Shown here: in pieces, positions 30,299 to 40,122 of the stretch | Numbering within the stretch: the first letter of the stretch is position 1 | Layout: each line of letters begins with the position of its first letter | NCBI GenBank assembly: GCA_003173895.1 | Contig: PJMG01000022.1 | Location: 3,454-67,453, forward strand | Reading direction: 5' to 3' | Source of the DNA: Candidatus Levyibacteriota bacterium | GTDB taxonomy: Bacteria > Patescibacteriota > Microgenomatia > Levybacterales > UBA12049 | Length of the DNA stretch: 64,000 nucleotides | The notes under the pieces: generated by a model | What the model was told of the DNA's origin: nothing | The model's database searches: none | Seen by the model: only the letters and a program-made list of their open reading frames with translations | Made by a program: the position numbers and the translations under genes

Positions 30299-31041
30299 TA
30301 TATTTTTTTAGCAATAATTGTTATATCTGATGCACCAAAAAATTTGATACTAATTTTATCTAAAAAATAAATTATACTTATTAAAAATAATTTTATAAAA
30401 CGGATTATTTTACCAAAGGGGTCAATTGTAAATAATGAATTTCTTATTATTCCTTCTGTTTCTTTAACACTTGATATTAAGAATTTTTGTTTTTTCAGTA
30501 AGGAAACAATTGCTTCTTTAGAATATCTTCTTAAATGACCTACTTTTTTGTCAAATTTTTTAACTAAGCCTAATCTATTTAACGGAGCAGTAATTAATGG
30601 AACAGATATTATTAATATGCCTCTTGGTTTAAGTAAATTATAAATTATTTTTAGAGCGTCTATATCATTTGGCAAATGTTCTAAAACTTCATTGCAGATA
30701 ATCAAATCGTATTTAATTTTATTTTTTTTATAATGAGTAAAATCTTCCTTTTTAAATTTAATGTTTTTAATATTTAATATTTTTTTATCGGCATTAGCAA
30801 TATTTATTGCTCTTGAAGAGATATCGATTGCTTTAATATTTATATTATATTTATTAGCTAAATAGAAATCTATAGTACCTACTCCACAACCTATATCTAA
30901 AATTGTTTTTATCTTTTTATTGTTTTTAACAATATTTTCATATATTTCTAATTTCTCTTTATATGTAAAATCTTTTGTTGTTATTATTTTTTTACTTATT
31001 TTTGAATTGGAATGGAATTTTTCATTAATATTTTTACTCAT
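30298..31041 (-). CDS. Class I SAM-dependent methyltransferase
   Basis: ILDIGCGVG, EVLEHL, GHLRRY. Confidence 0.9.
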   Translation of the reverse strand: MSKNINEKFHSNSKISKKIITTKDFTYKEKLEIYENIVKNNKKIKTILDIGCGVGTIDFYLANKYNINIKAIDISSRAINIANADKKILNIKNIKFKKEDFTHYKKNKIKYDLIICNEVLEHLPNDIDALKIIYNLLKPRGILIISVPLITAPLNRLGLVKKFDKKVGHLRRYSKEAIVSLLKKQKFLISSVKETEGIIRNSLFTIDPFGKIIRFIKLFLISIIYFLDKISIKFFGASDITIIAKKI

Positions 31042-31164
31042 TTAAATTTAAATTATCCTTACTAGGATGGATTTTTATGAACATTTCATACATAAAAAAT
31101 ATTGCCCCTTGACAATTATATATTATTTGTTTCAACATATAAATGTAGATACAAATTAATTAGT

Positions 31165-33399
31165 ATGATATCCCCTGATAAAATAAAAATCTTTTTAAGT
31201 TTTTTTGTTTTCTTCATATTAGTTATATTTGTATCTACATTTTCGTTTAAGGCACATGCTAATACTTCTATTTGGACTAATGTAACTGATTTGCCTTATA
31301 CAATAGCTAGTAATATCAGCTTTTCTTATGTAAATAATATATATAATTTAGGTGGGTCTGCTGCGACTGGACAAAGTAAATTTGATGTTCTACTTAATAC
31401 GACGAATAATAATGGTGATTTATCAAATTCTTGGACTAATTTATTATCTTTTCCTAAGGCTCTTATATTACATTCATCTACTATAGTAGAAAATCATGTA
31501 TATGTTCTAGGTGGAAAAGAGGAGAATCCTGGTTCATCCTTAAATATAATAAATTCTGTCTATGTAGGACTTATTAATTCTAATGGATCAATACAATCTT
31601 GGACTCCTCTCACGCCTCTTCCATCTCCACTCATGCTTGGAGCTGCTGTAGTTTTAAATAATCATCTTTATTATATTGGTGGGGAAAATAACTCTGGTGT
31701 TAATAATCCAAATGTATATGTTAGCTCTATTAACTCTGATGGAACTATTGGACCTTGGTCCATTGCAGGAACTATACCAGGTGGCGGATTAAATTCAGAA
31801 GTGGCTTTCAGTTATCAAAACAAAATTATAGTAGCAGCAGGAAATTCAAATAATACAAATATTGCTAATGTAAGAATTGCCACAGTTGATTCTAATGGAA
31901 ATATATCTGGATGGACTGATGGACCTCTATTACCAGTAGCCTTGGGACGTCCGTACGGTGCACAATCTAATGATAAAATTTTTATTATTGGAGGAGGACT
32001 TAATAGTCCTAATCAAAATTCTCATACTTTTTATACGACTATTGATAATTCAGGAAATTTAACACCTTGGATTACTGCTACCAGTAGTGCAGACCTAACT
32101 TTAGGACAATGTTGTGGCGGTACTGCAGTGGCTAACAATTATATTTATGTTATAGGTGGGTATAGCAGTGGTCAAGGTTATTTATCATCAGTATTAAGAG
32201 CTAATATAAACGATATACTTGGGAATACGCCCCAGGTGATAGATTTAAATGTTCCTCTTATTAAACAAACAGCTTCTCCTTGGGGAAACCAAGTTTATGA
32301 TAGAGCTAATTTTTGGTCACCAAGCGATAATAGTATTAGTAGCTGGGGATGTGCTCTAACTTCTGCCACTATGGTTTTAAATTACTATGGAATTACTAAA
32401 TTACCAAATGGTACTACACTTGATCCAGGAAGTTTAAATACTTGGTTAGAGAGTCAAAATGATGGATATGTAGATAATATAACTAGTGGATATGTAAATT
32501 GGGTAGCTATTGCTAGACTTTCCAAGTTAGCTAAAAGTGTAAATAACATAACTGCTTTTGATGCTTTAGAATTTAGTAAATTTACAGGAATGAATAATAC
32601 TCAACTTACAAATGATTTAAAAAATAACATTCCAGATATCTTAGAAGAACCTGGACATTTTATAGTAGCTAAAGGAATTAATGGTAGTACATTTGATATT
32701 AATGATCCTTACTATAATGATAATAAATTAAGCGATATTTACTCAAACACCTATCAATCAATTGGTACTTTTACACCTGCTCATAGTGATCTATCTTACA
32801 TCATGTTAACTTATAATCCCAATCTTACAATTATGGTAAAAGATAAAAATGGTAACGTTATTGGTCAAAGTTTTACTCAAAACCCATTAGTCAGTGATCA
32901 GCATTCTAATAATAAAACATCTGCTATAGAGATTTTATATATTCCTAAACCTGATAGTGGAAATTATACAATTACTATTTCTTCAAATACAAATACTAAT
33001 TACGATTTAAAAACTTATATTTACGATATTAATGGTAACGATAAAATTTTTGATCAAAGAGGAAATGTGAATAACTCTAATAATAATATTTTAACTATTA
33101 ATTTTGATAAAAATAATGTTAATCATTCTAATGAAATAAAACATAAATCATTTGAGGATACATTAGATGATATTAGAAGATGTGGTTTATCAAATAGAAA
33201 TCACCGAATAGAAGAAAATTTTCTATTTAATTTAATGAGTGATAGCAGAAATCATCATAATGATTTTAGATTTAAATCTAAACTTGAACTTGAATCTTTT
33301 TATATTTTAATTAATAGTTACAAACACTTAAAGTTTTTATCAGATGATAATTACAACCTCCTATATTCTGATTGGCAAGATCTAAATTCTCAATTTTAA
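31165..33399 (+). CDS. Secreted Kelch-repeat beta-propeller + C39-like peptidase + beta-sandwich protein (likely start 31165)
   Basis: Signal peptide ending AHA; six Kelch-like GG repeats (YxxGG consensus) with W; Q..W...GCALTS, GHFIV, INDPY catalytic pattern. Confidence 0.8.
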   Translation: MISPDKIKIFLSFFVFFILVIFVSTFSFKAHANTSIWTNVTDLPYTIASNISFSYVNNIYNLGGSAATGQSKFDVLLNTTNNNGDLSNSWTNLLSFPKALILHSSTIVENHVYVLGGKEENPGSSLNIINSVYVGLINSNGSIQSWTPLTPLPSPLMLGAAVVLNNHLYYIGGENNSGVNNPNVYVSSINSDGTIGPWSIAGTIPGGGLNSEVAFSYQNKIIVAAGNSNNTNIANVRIATVDSNGNISGWTDGPLLPVALGRPYGAQSNDKIFIIGGGLNSPNQNSHTFYTTIDNSGNLTPWITATSSADLTLGQCCGGTAVANNYIYVIGGYSSGQGYLSSVLRANINDILGNTPQVIDLNVPLIKQTASPWGNQVYDRANFWSPSDNSISSWGCALTSATMVLNYYGITKLPNGTTLDPGSLNTWLESQNDGYVDNITSGYVNWVAIARLSKLAKSVNNITAFDALEFSKFTGMNNTQLTNDLKNNIPDILEEPGHFIVAKGINGSTFDINDPYYNDNKLSDIYSNTYQSIGTFTPAHSDLSYIMLTYNPNLTIMVKDKNGNVIGQSFTQNPLVSDQHSNNKTSAIEILYIPKPDSGNYTITISSNTNTNYDLKTYIYDINGNDKIFDQRGNVNNSNNNILTINFDKNNVNHSNEIKHKSFEDTLDDIRRCGLSNRNHRIEENFLFNLMSDSRNHHNDFRFKSKLELESFYILINSYKHLKFLSDDNYNLLYSDWQDLNSQF

Positions 33400-33400
33400 C

Positions 33401-34651
33401 TTATCTAAAAGTCATGTTAAATGCTCTTTTTACTAAAATTAGTTTTCTAAGAGCTTTTTTACTAAGTAAATAAGATTTTTTAATTTTGGAAGTTTTGGAT
33501 TTTTGTTTTAGAATAAGTGATTCATAAAGTTTTATTAGCTTTTTAGTATAAATCTCTGCAGAAAAATTCTTTGGTACTATTTTTAAAGATTCCTCACCCA
33601 TTTCATTCATTAATTTTTCATTTTTAATTAAATATAAAAGTTTATCTACGAAAATCTTAATATCAAGAGGACTTGTGTAGCCGTTAACATTATTAACTAC
33701 TACATTTTTAAAAGCTAGATCATCTACAGTAATAAGAGGTAAACCTGCTGCTGCTGCTTCTAGGACCACTAACCCTTGAGCTTCAGTGGTGGAAGCAAAA
33801 ATAAATATATCACTACTCCCATAAACTTTTGACATTAAATTTCTTTGTACTTTACCCGTAAAATGTATTCTATTTTCTAATTTTTTATCAATTACTAAAT
33901 TTTGTAATTTTTGTTTTTCTGGACCCGGACCTACTATTACTAAATTACTATTTTTATCTTTTTTAGAAAGTTGTTCAAATACTTCTATAATAAATGTAAA
34001 ATTTTTTTCTTTTCCTAACCTTCCAACAGATAATAAAATTTTGGATTCTTTGGGAATAGAAAATCTTTTTCTTAAATAATTACTTTTTTCTTTTTTAAAG
34101 TTTTTTTCTAAAAGTATATTAGGTATTACTGAAATAGATTTTTTAACGCCATACGAATTTAAGGCCAATTTCATTTTTTCAGAAGGAGTAATTATACCAT
34201 CACAACGGTTAGCAAAAAATTTAAGTCCTGTGGCTATCATAGATGGCTTAATTATTTTTCCATTTAAAATATAATGTGTATACTCAGTTAAAACTGTATG
34301 AAAAGTTAAAACGTAAGGAATATTTTTCATCCTAGCTAATTGATAAGCTAGTAAAGAAAAAGCACCGTTACCATGAGCATGTACTATATCGAAATCTAAA
34401 TGATAAAATTCACGAAAATTTTTATCTGGAATAGGAAAAGGTATGTGGAGAGCTGGTTCTGCTGAAGATAGAATTTTTAAAGATGGAAGACGAATTATAT
34501 TAGCTTTTTTATCTTTATATTTACCAATCTTAGGAGCTATGATAGTTACTTCGTGACCAAGAGCCTTAAGCTCAGAACTGAAATTATCAACAGAAACGCT
34601 AACTCCGTTAAGTTGCGGATAATAAGTATCCGTAACCATTGCAATTTTCAT
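33401..34651 (-). CDS. GT4 glycosyltransferase (diacylglycerol glucosyltransferase-like)
   Basis: TDTYYPQLNGV, VGRLGKEKN, EAQGLVVLEA. Confidence 0.92.
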   Translation of the reverse strand: MKIAMVTDTYYPQLNGVSVSVDNFSSELKALGHEVTIIAPKIGKYKDKKANIIRLPSLKILSSAEPALHIPFPIPDKNFREFYHLDFDIVHAHGNGAFSLLAYQLARMKNIPYVLTFHTVLTEYTHYILNGKIIKPSMIATGLKFFANRCDGIITPSEKMKLALNSYGVKKSISVIPNILLEKNFKKEKSNYLRKRFSIPKESKILLSVGRLGKEKNFTFIIEVFEQLSKKDKNSNLVIVGPGPEKQKLQNLVIDKKLENRIHFTGKVQRNLMSKVYGSSDIFIFASTTEAQGLVVLEAAAAGLPLITVDDLAFKNVVVNNVNGYTSPLDIKIFVDKLLYLIKNEKLMNEMGEESLKIVPKNFSAEIYTKKLIKLYESLILKQKSKTSKIKKSYLLSKKALRKLILVKRAFNMTFR

Positions 34652-34707
34652 GTATCCTCTTATTTTAACATAAAACTAAAACTTGTAAGATAAGTTATAA
34701 TTAAAGT

Positions 34708-35679
34708 ATGCAACTATTAATTTTCATTACACTAGTCCTAATTATTATATTTTTCTCTTTTATTATCTGGTTTATAAATAAGAAATTTAACGATAATAAA
34801 AGCAATTCAAATATAGATTCTACTCTTTTAGAATGGATAAAAAGCATGCAACAAAATATGAGTGTAAATTCTAACAATATTACACGCGTACTTCAGGAAA
34901 ACTCTAAACAATTAAATGAGAGATTGGATCGTGCAGCAAATGTAATAAGCGATGTAAATCGTGAAATTGGAAAAATGAGTGAAATAGGACGAAATATGCA
35001 ATCTATAGAAGAATTTTTAAAAAGTCCGAAACTTCGTGGTAATTTAGGAGAAAAAGTCTTAAATGATTTAATTACTCAAGTATTTCCTAAAAATACTTTT
35101 TCACTTCAATACACTTTTAAAACTGGTGATAAAGTCGATGCAGCTATAAAAACTGATGCTGGGATACTACCTATTGATGCGAAATTCCCTATGGAAAATT
35201 TTCAGAAAATGTCAAAAGCTAAAAACACTGTAGAAATTGAGAGTTATAAAAAGGAATTTATTCGAGATGTAAAAAAACATATTGATGCTATTTCTAAAAA
35301 ATATATTTTACCAGATGAAGGGACTATGGATTTTGCACTCATGTATGTCCCATCAGAAAGTGTGTTTTATGAAATAGTAAATTTGGAAGAGATTTTAGAA
35401 TATGCTAGAGTTAAAAGAGTTTATATAGTTTCTCCCAGTACACTTTATGCCCATCTACAAACCATTTTATTATCTTTTGAAGGTAAAAAAATAGAAACTC
35501 AAGCAAAAGAAATCTTTAAATTACTTAGAGGTATGCAAACTGATTATCAAAAAACCAATGATGCTATAGATATCTTAGAAAAGCATTTAACTAATGCTTC
35601 AAATCAAATGATAAATGTAAATAAAAATTTTTCTCAAATTGGTCAAAAATTAAATTCCACGAAACTTTTAGAAGATTAA
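34708..35679 (+). CDS. rmuC: DNA recombination protein RmuC family
   Basis: N-terminal TM; RGNLGE, PIDAKFP, KYI.P..T.DFALMYVPSE. Confidence 0.92.
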   Translation: MQLLIFITLVLIIIFFSFIIWFINKKFNDNKSNSNIDSTLLEWIKSMQQNMSVNSNNITRVLQENSKQLNERLDRAANVISDVNREIGKMSEIGRNMQSIEEFLKSPKLRGNLGEKVLNDLITQVFPKNTFSLQYTFKTGDKVDAAIKTDAGILPIDAKFPMENFQKMSKAKNTVEIESYKKEFIRDVKKHIDAISKKYILPDEGTMDFALMYVPSESVFYEIVNLEEILEYARVKRVYIVSPSTLYAHLQTILLSFEGKKIETQAKEIFKLLRGMQTDYQKTNDAIDILEKHLTNASNQMINVNKNFSQIGQKLNSTKLLED

Positions 35680-36371
35680 TCAATAATACTTTCATATTTT
35701 ATGTTCTCCAATTTAACTCTCATGTTAATTAATATCTCCTCCATTGAAGCGTTAAATGAAAAAGATCCACAAGAATAAAATTCTACATTTTTAAAATCAG
35801 AAATGTATTTTTTAATTAATTTCTCTTTTATTCTACCTTGTTCAAATCCTTTAATACTTTCCTGACTTAGAGTATAAATAATTTTTACGTTTTTATTTTC
35901 ATTAGCAATTTTTTTAAACTCATCAAAGTAAATAATATCTTCTAATTTTTTAAATGATGCAATTAAAGTAATTCTCATGTTGAGTTTTTCTTTATCTATA
36001 AACTTTAACATGCTATGAAAAACAGTAATACCAATTCCACCACTTAAAAAAACTTTTTCTTTATCATTTTTTGCATCTAAAATAAAATTACCTTTAGGTC
36101 CATCCATTTTTATTTCTGATTTTTCATCTAGTTCAAATAGTTTCTTTTTATAATCACTTTTTCCCCATCGAGTAGTTATAGTTAAATATTCATCTAGTGG
36201 AGATGAAGAAATAGTAAAGTTTCTCGGATAATCTTTAAACTTTCTCCCCTCAAAATCAATTTCCATATATTGCCCAGCTATATAATTAAAACCATAGGGC
36301 TTTTCAAAATAAACAGACCATATATTATGAGTTAATTGATCTTTTTTTAAAATTTTACTTTTATAAATCAT
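35676..36371 (-). CDS. FAD/NAD(P)-binding ferredoxin-reductase-like oxidoreductase (likely start 36371)
   Basis: AGQY, RNFTISSSP, GPKGNF, SGGIGIT, YSCG. Confidence 0.9.
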   Translation of the reverse strand: MIYKSKILKKDQLTHNIWSVYFEKPYGFNYIAGQYMEIDFEGRKFKDYPRNFTISSSPLDEYLTITTRWGKSDYKKKLFELDEKSEIKMDGPKGNFILDAKNDKEKVFLSGGIGITVFHSMLKFIDKEKLNMRITLIASFKKLEDIIYFDEFKKIANENKNVKIIYTLSQESIKGFEQGRIKEKLIKKYISDFKNVEFYSCGSFSFNASMEEILINMRVKLENIKYESIID

Positions 36372-36414
36372 TTCTACCTTGAATTTTACCTTAAAATTGA
36401 CTATTCTCAAAGAT

Positions 36415-36837
36415 ATGAAGGGACTACTCTTAGCTTTATTATTTTTAGTTTTAGTGGTTATTTTAGGCGCTACTTATAAAAATCCTAAATTAGTAAATTA
36501 TTTAAGAGATCAATATCTCAAATCTAATACCTCATCAAGTAGTACACCTACTCCTACCCCAACCAAAAAATCTCCAGAAATACAAATGTATATCTACCTT
36601 AATTCTAATGGATTTTCTCCAGAAGTATTAACAATCAGTACTAATACAAAAGTCGTATGGACTAATAAAACAAATAAGAGTATAAATATAGTAAATAATT
36701 CAACAAATAATAAATTTGATATTGGAACTATAAACGCAAATGCATCAAAAGGAATAGTATTTGATGTTCCAGGAACTTATATTTACCACAATAATTCTAA
36801 TTCTCAACAAATAGTAACTGTAATAGTAGAAAAATAA
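36415..36837 (+). CDS. Membrane-anchored cupredoxin-fold protein lacking type-1 Cu ligands
   Basis: TM, PT linker, GFSPEVLTI, VVWTN, PGTYIYH; no Cys/His/Met ligand set. Confidence 0.7.
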   Translation: MKGLLLALLFLVLVVILGATYKNPKLVNYLRDQYLKSNTSSSSTPTPTPTKKSPEIQMYIYLNSNGFSPEVLTISTNTKVVWTNKTNKSINIVNNSTNNKFDIGTINANASKGIVFDVPGTYIYHNNSNSQQIVTVIVEK

Positions 36838-36846
36838 TTTAAACTC

Positions 36847-39759
36847 ATGGATAAAGATTTAAATGAACAACAACTAGAAGCGATTAATTTTGGTGAAGGA
36901 CCACTTTTAATTATAGCTGGAGCAGGCACTGGAAAGACCACGGTAATAACTGAAAGGATTAAACATTTAATTTTAGATAAAAATATTGATCCTGCTAATT
37001 TAGTGGCTCTCACATTTACAGAAAAAGCTGCCACTGAGATGCAGGAAAGAGTGGATATCGCCCTACCTTACGGTTATTCACAGATGTGGATTGATACTTT
37101 TCATGGTTTTTGTGAAAAGATTTTAAGAGATGAAGCTTTAAATATAGGTTTGGATAGTTCATTTAAGCTTTTAACAGAAAGCGAAGCAGTACTTTTCATA
37201 AGAAGGAATTTAGAGAAATTTGATTTTGATTATTTTAAACCTTTAGGCAATCCTAATAAACTAATCTCTAGTTTACTTTTCCATTTTTCTCGACTTAAAG
37301 ATGAAGATATTTCACCTATTCAATATTTACAGTGGGCTAAGCAAAAATCAGACTTAATTAAAAATAATAAGGGCGCGACTGAAGAAGAAAGAGAAGAAGT
37401 TAAAAAGAATTTAGAATTAGCTAATTTATATAATACTTACCAAGAGTTAAAAAATAAAAATGGATTTATGGATTTTTCTGATTTAGTTTTTAATACCTTA
37501 GCATTATTTAGACAAAGAAAAAATATTTTAAAAAAATATCAGGACAAATTCCAATATATTTTAATAGATGAATTTCAAGATACTAATTATCTCCAAAACG
37601 AATTAGCTATTTTACTTTCTAATAATAAACAAAATATAAATGTAGTGGGAGATGATGATCAAGCTGTATATAGATGGAGAGGTGCAGCTGTATCTAATAT
37701 GATTTCTTTCAGAGAAAAATTCCCAAATGCCCAAATAGTAACTTTAACTAAAAATTATAGATCTACTCAAATTATTTTAGATTCTGCTTATAAATTAATA
37801 AAATATAATGACCCTGATAGATTAGAAGTTAAAGAAAATATAAATAAAAAATTAATTTCTCAAATTAAAAAAAATGGAAATGATATACAATTAATTTATA
37901 CTAAAAATGATACAACCGAAACTGAAAAAGTACTGGAAACCATTTTAAAATTAAAAAAAGAAAAAAAGTATAATTATAAAGATTTTGCTATTTTAGTTAG
38001 AGCTAATGACTATGCATTACCCTTCATAAAAACTTTTGAAAGAAATAAAATTCCCTACCAATTCCTAGGTACACAGCAGTTATTTAATCAAGAAGAAATA
38101 AAAGATCTAATTGCATTTTTAAAAGTTACTGCAGATCCTAATGATAGTGCTTCTATTTTTAGACTTTTAAATATTAATTTATTTAAAATAAATAATTTTT
38201 CACTTATTTCCTTATTTAATTTTGCTAAAAGAAAAAATCTAACTATTTTTGAAGCATTAGAAAATTCAAATAAATTAAATATTTCGGAGGTGGACAAAGA
38301 AAAATTAAATAAAGTTTATGATTTAGTAAAAAATAATTTAGAAAAATTAAAGACAGAAACACCAGGTCAAATTTTATATTTTTTCTTACAAGAAACTGGT
38401 ATGTTAGAGAATTTTTTAAATGATACTAGTAACACTACCCAATTAAAAGCTCAAAATGTAGCACGATTTTTTGAAAAAATAAAATTATATGAAGATAATC
38501 ATATTGATAATTCAATACAAGATATTTTAGATTGGATAGATTTATCTATGCAGGTAGGCGAAGGCCCCACAGTAAATGAGATGGCAGAAAATGAGATTGA
38601 TGGCGTAAATATTTTAACCGTTCATTCTAGTAAAGGGCTAGAGTTCCCTGTGGTTTTTATAGTAAATTTAGTTACTAATCGTTTTCCTACCCTGGCTCGA
38701 CGTGAGCAAATTCCAGTTCCTGATGAATTAATAAAAGAAATCTTACCTAGTGGTAATTATCATTTAGAAGAAGAAAGAAGACTTTTTTATGTAGCTATGA
38801 CTAGAGCACGAGATTATTTATATTTTAGCTCTAGTAAGTTTTACAGTGAAGGGAAAAGAGAAAGAAAAATTTCACCTTTTGTAATAGAGAGTTTAGGCGA
38901 AGAAAAAGTTAATAAAGTAATTAATCAAGAGGACAAAGAGAAAAAGCAATTATCCCTTTTAGATTTTGAGCTTTTAAATAATTCAAAAATAGAAATTATT
39001 AAAAGAGAAAAATTAAATTTATCATATCTTTCTTATTCTCAATTTCAAACTTTTGATTTTTGCAATATGCACTATAGATTAAAATATATTTTAAAAATTC
39101 CAACTCAACCCACTCAAAGTTTAAGTTTTGGAAGTAGTTTACACGCTACCTTAAGAGATTTTTATTTACTTATTCAAAATGGGAAAACTAAAGATGAAAT
39201 AGATTTAGAAAGTATTTATAAAAAAAATTGGCTAAGAGAAGGATATAATCATAAAAAAGATCAAGAAAAATATTATAATTTAGGACTTAATATTATTAAA
39301 GATTATTTAGAAAATAATTTTAATGAAAATATAAAATCTATAGTTGAAACTCCTTTTAAATTTTTCTTAAATAATTTATGCATAGGTGGGATAATCGATA
39401 GAATAGACTTCTTACCAGATGGGACCATAGAAATTATTGACTATAAAACAGGAAACAATTTGCCTGATGAGAAAAAGTTAAGTAAAAATTTACAACTTAC
39501 TATTTATGCTCTAGCTCTAATGTCTAGTAAAACTAGTACCTTACCAACTATCAATGATCCAGAAAAAATAAAACTATCACTATATTATTTAGAAAAAAAT
39601 AAAAAATTAAGTATTACTAAAACTCGTGAAGAATTAGAAGATGCTAAAGCAGAAATCTTAGATAAGATTAAGGAAATAGAAAATAGTGAATTTAACTGTA
39701 CAGGAGGAATGTTCTGTAAAGATTGTGAGTATAAAATGATTTGCAAAACTACTTCATAA
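36847..39759 (+). CDS. UvrD/PcrA-like SF1 helicase fused to a PD-(D/E)XK nuclease with Fe-S-type cysteines
   Basis: AGAGTGKT, DEFQDTN, HSSKGLEF, EERRLFYVAMTRA, GIIDRID...IIDYKTG, C...CxxC-x5-C. Confidence 0.93.
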   Translation: MDKDLNEQQLEAINFGEGPLLIIAGAGTGKTTVITERIKHLILDKNIDPANLVALTFTEKAATEMQERVDIALPYGYSQMWIDTFHGFCEKILRDEALNIGLDSSFKLLTESEAVLFIRRNLEKFDFDYFKPLGNPNKLISSLLFHFSRLKDEDISPIQYLQWAKQKSDLIKNNKGATEEEREEVKKNLELANLYNTYQELKNKNGFMDFSDLVFNTLALFRQRKNILKKYQDKFQYILIDEFQDTNYLQNELAILLSNNKQNINVVGDDDQAVYRWRGAAVSNMISFREKFPNAQIVTLTKNYRSTQIILDSAYKLIKYNDPDRLEVKENINKKLISQIKKNGNDIQLIYTKNDTTETEKVLETILKLKKEKKYNYKDFAILVRANDYALPFIKTFERNKIPYQFLGTQQLFNQEEIKDLIAFLKVTADPNDSASIFRLLNINLFKINNFSLISLFNFAKRKNLTIFEALENSNKLNISEVDKEKLNKVYDLVKNNLEKLKTETPGQILYFFLQETGMLENFLNDTSNTTQLKAQNVARFFEKIKLYEDNHIDNSIQDILDWIDLSMQVGEGPTVNEMAENEIDGVNILTVHSSKGLEFPVVFIVNLVTNRFPTLARREQIPVPDELIKEILPSGNYHLEEERRLFYVAMTRARDYLYFSSSKFYSEGKRERKISPFVIESLGEEKVNKVINQEDKEKKQLSLLDFELLNNSKIEIIKREKLNLSYLSYSQFQTFDFCNMHYRLKYILKIPTQPTQSLSFGSSLHATLRDFYLLIQNGKTKDEIDLESIYKKNWLREGYNHKKDQEKYYNLGLNIIKDYLENNFNENIKSIVETPFKFFLNNLCIGGIIDRIDFLPDGTIEIIDYKTGNNLPDEKKLSKNLQLTIYALALMSSKTSTLPTINDPEKIKLSLYYLEKNKKLSITKTREELEDAKAEILDKIKEIENSEFNCTGGMFCKDCEYKMICKTTS

Positions 39760-39795
39760 GTTGCATCTTTTTTTAAGTTAATTTAAAATCAATTC

Positions 39796-40122
39796 ATCCT
39801 TTGGGAAGAAGGTTCATCGGGACGTTAATTTATGTAAATGAATTTTTCGTTCAGGAAAGTCCAGACAGGTGTAAAGTTGGGATTAGAGTTCAAGCTCTAA
39901 CACGTAAGTGCTGGTGTTTAAAAATTTATGCCGCTAAACGATTTTTAAAACAGATTTTGGATTTACAAAATTTGAGAGCAACAGAGACGAGCGGATATGA
40001 AACGGGCAATCCCGCCTGCTGCAACTCACGAATAGTCGTAAACGTACTTTACCTAGACTAAAGATGAGGCATAGATAAATGATGATTAAAACAGAATCTG
40101 GCTTATTCTTTTCCCAAAGGAT
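39796..40122 (+). ncRNA. rnpB: RNase P RNA
   Basis: AGGAAAGTCCAG, GCAACAGAGACGA, TGAAACG, AGATAAATG, AACAGAATCTGGCTTA; 12-bp terminal stem 39796-807/40111-22. Confidence 0.92.

Noticed and set aside
39801-40061. 86-aa ORF
   Set aside because: Coincides with RNase P RNA conserved motifs
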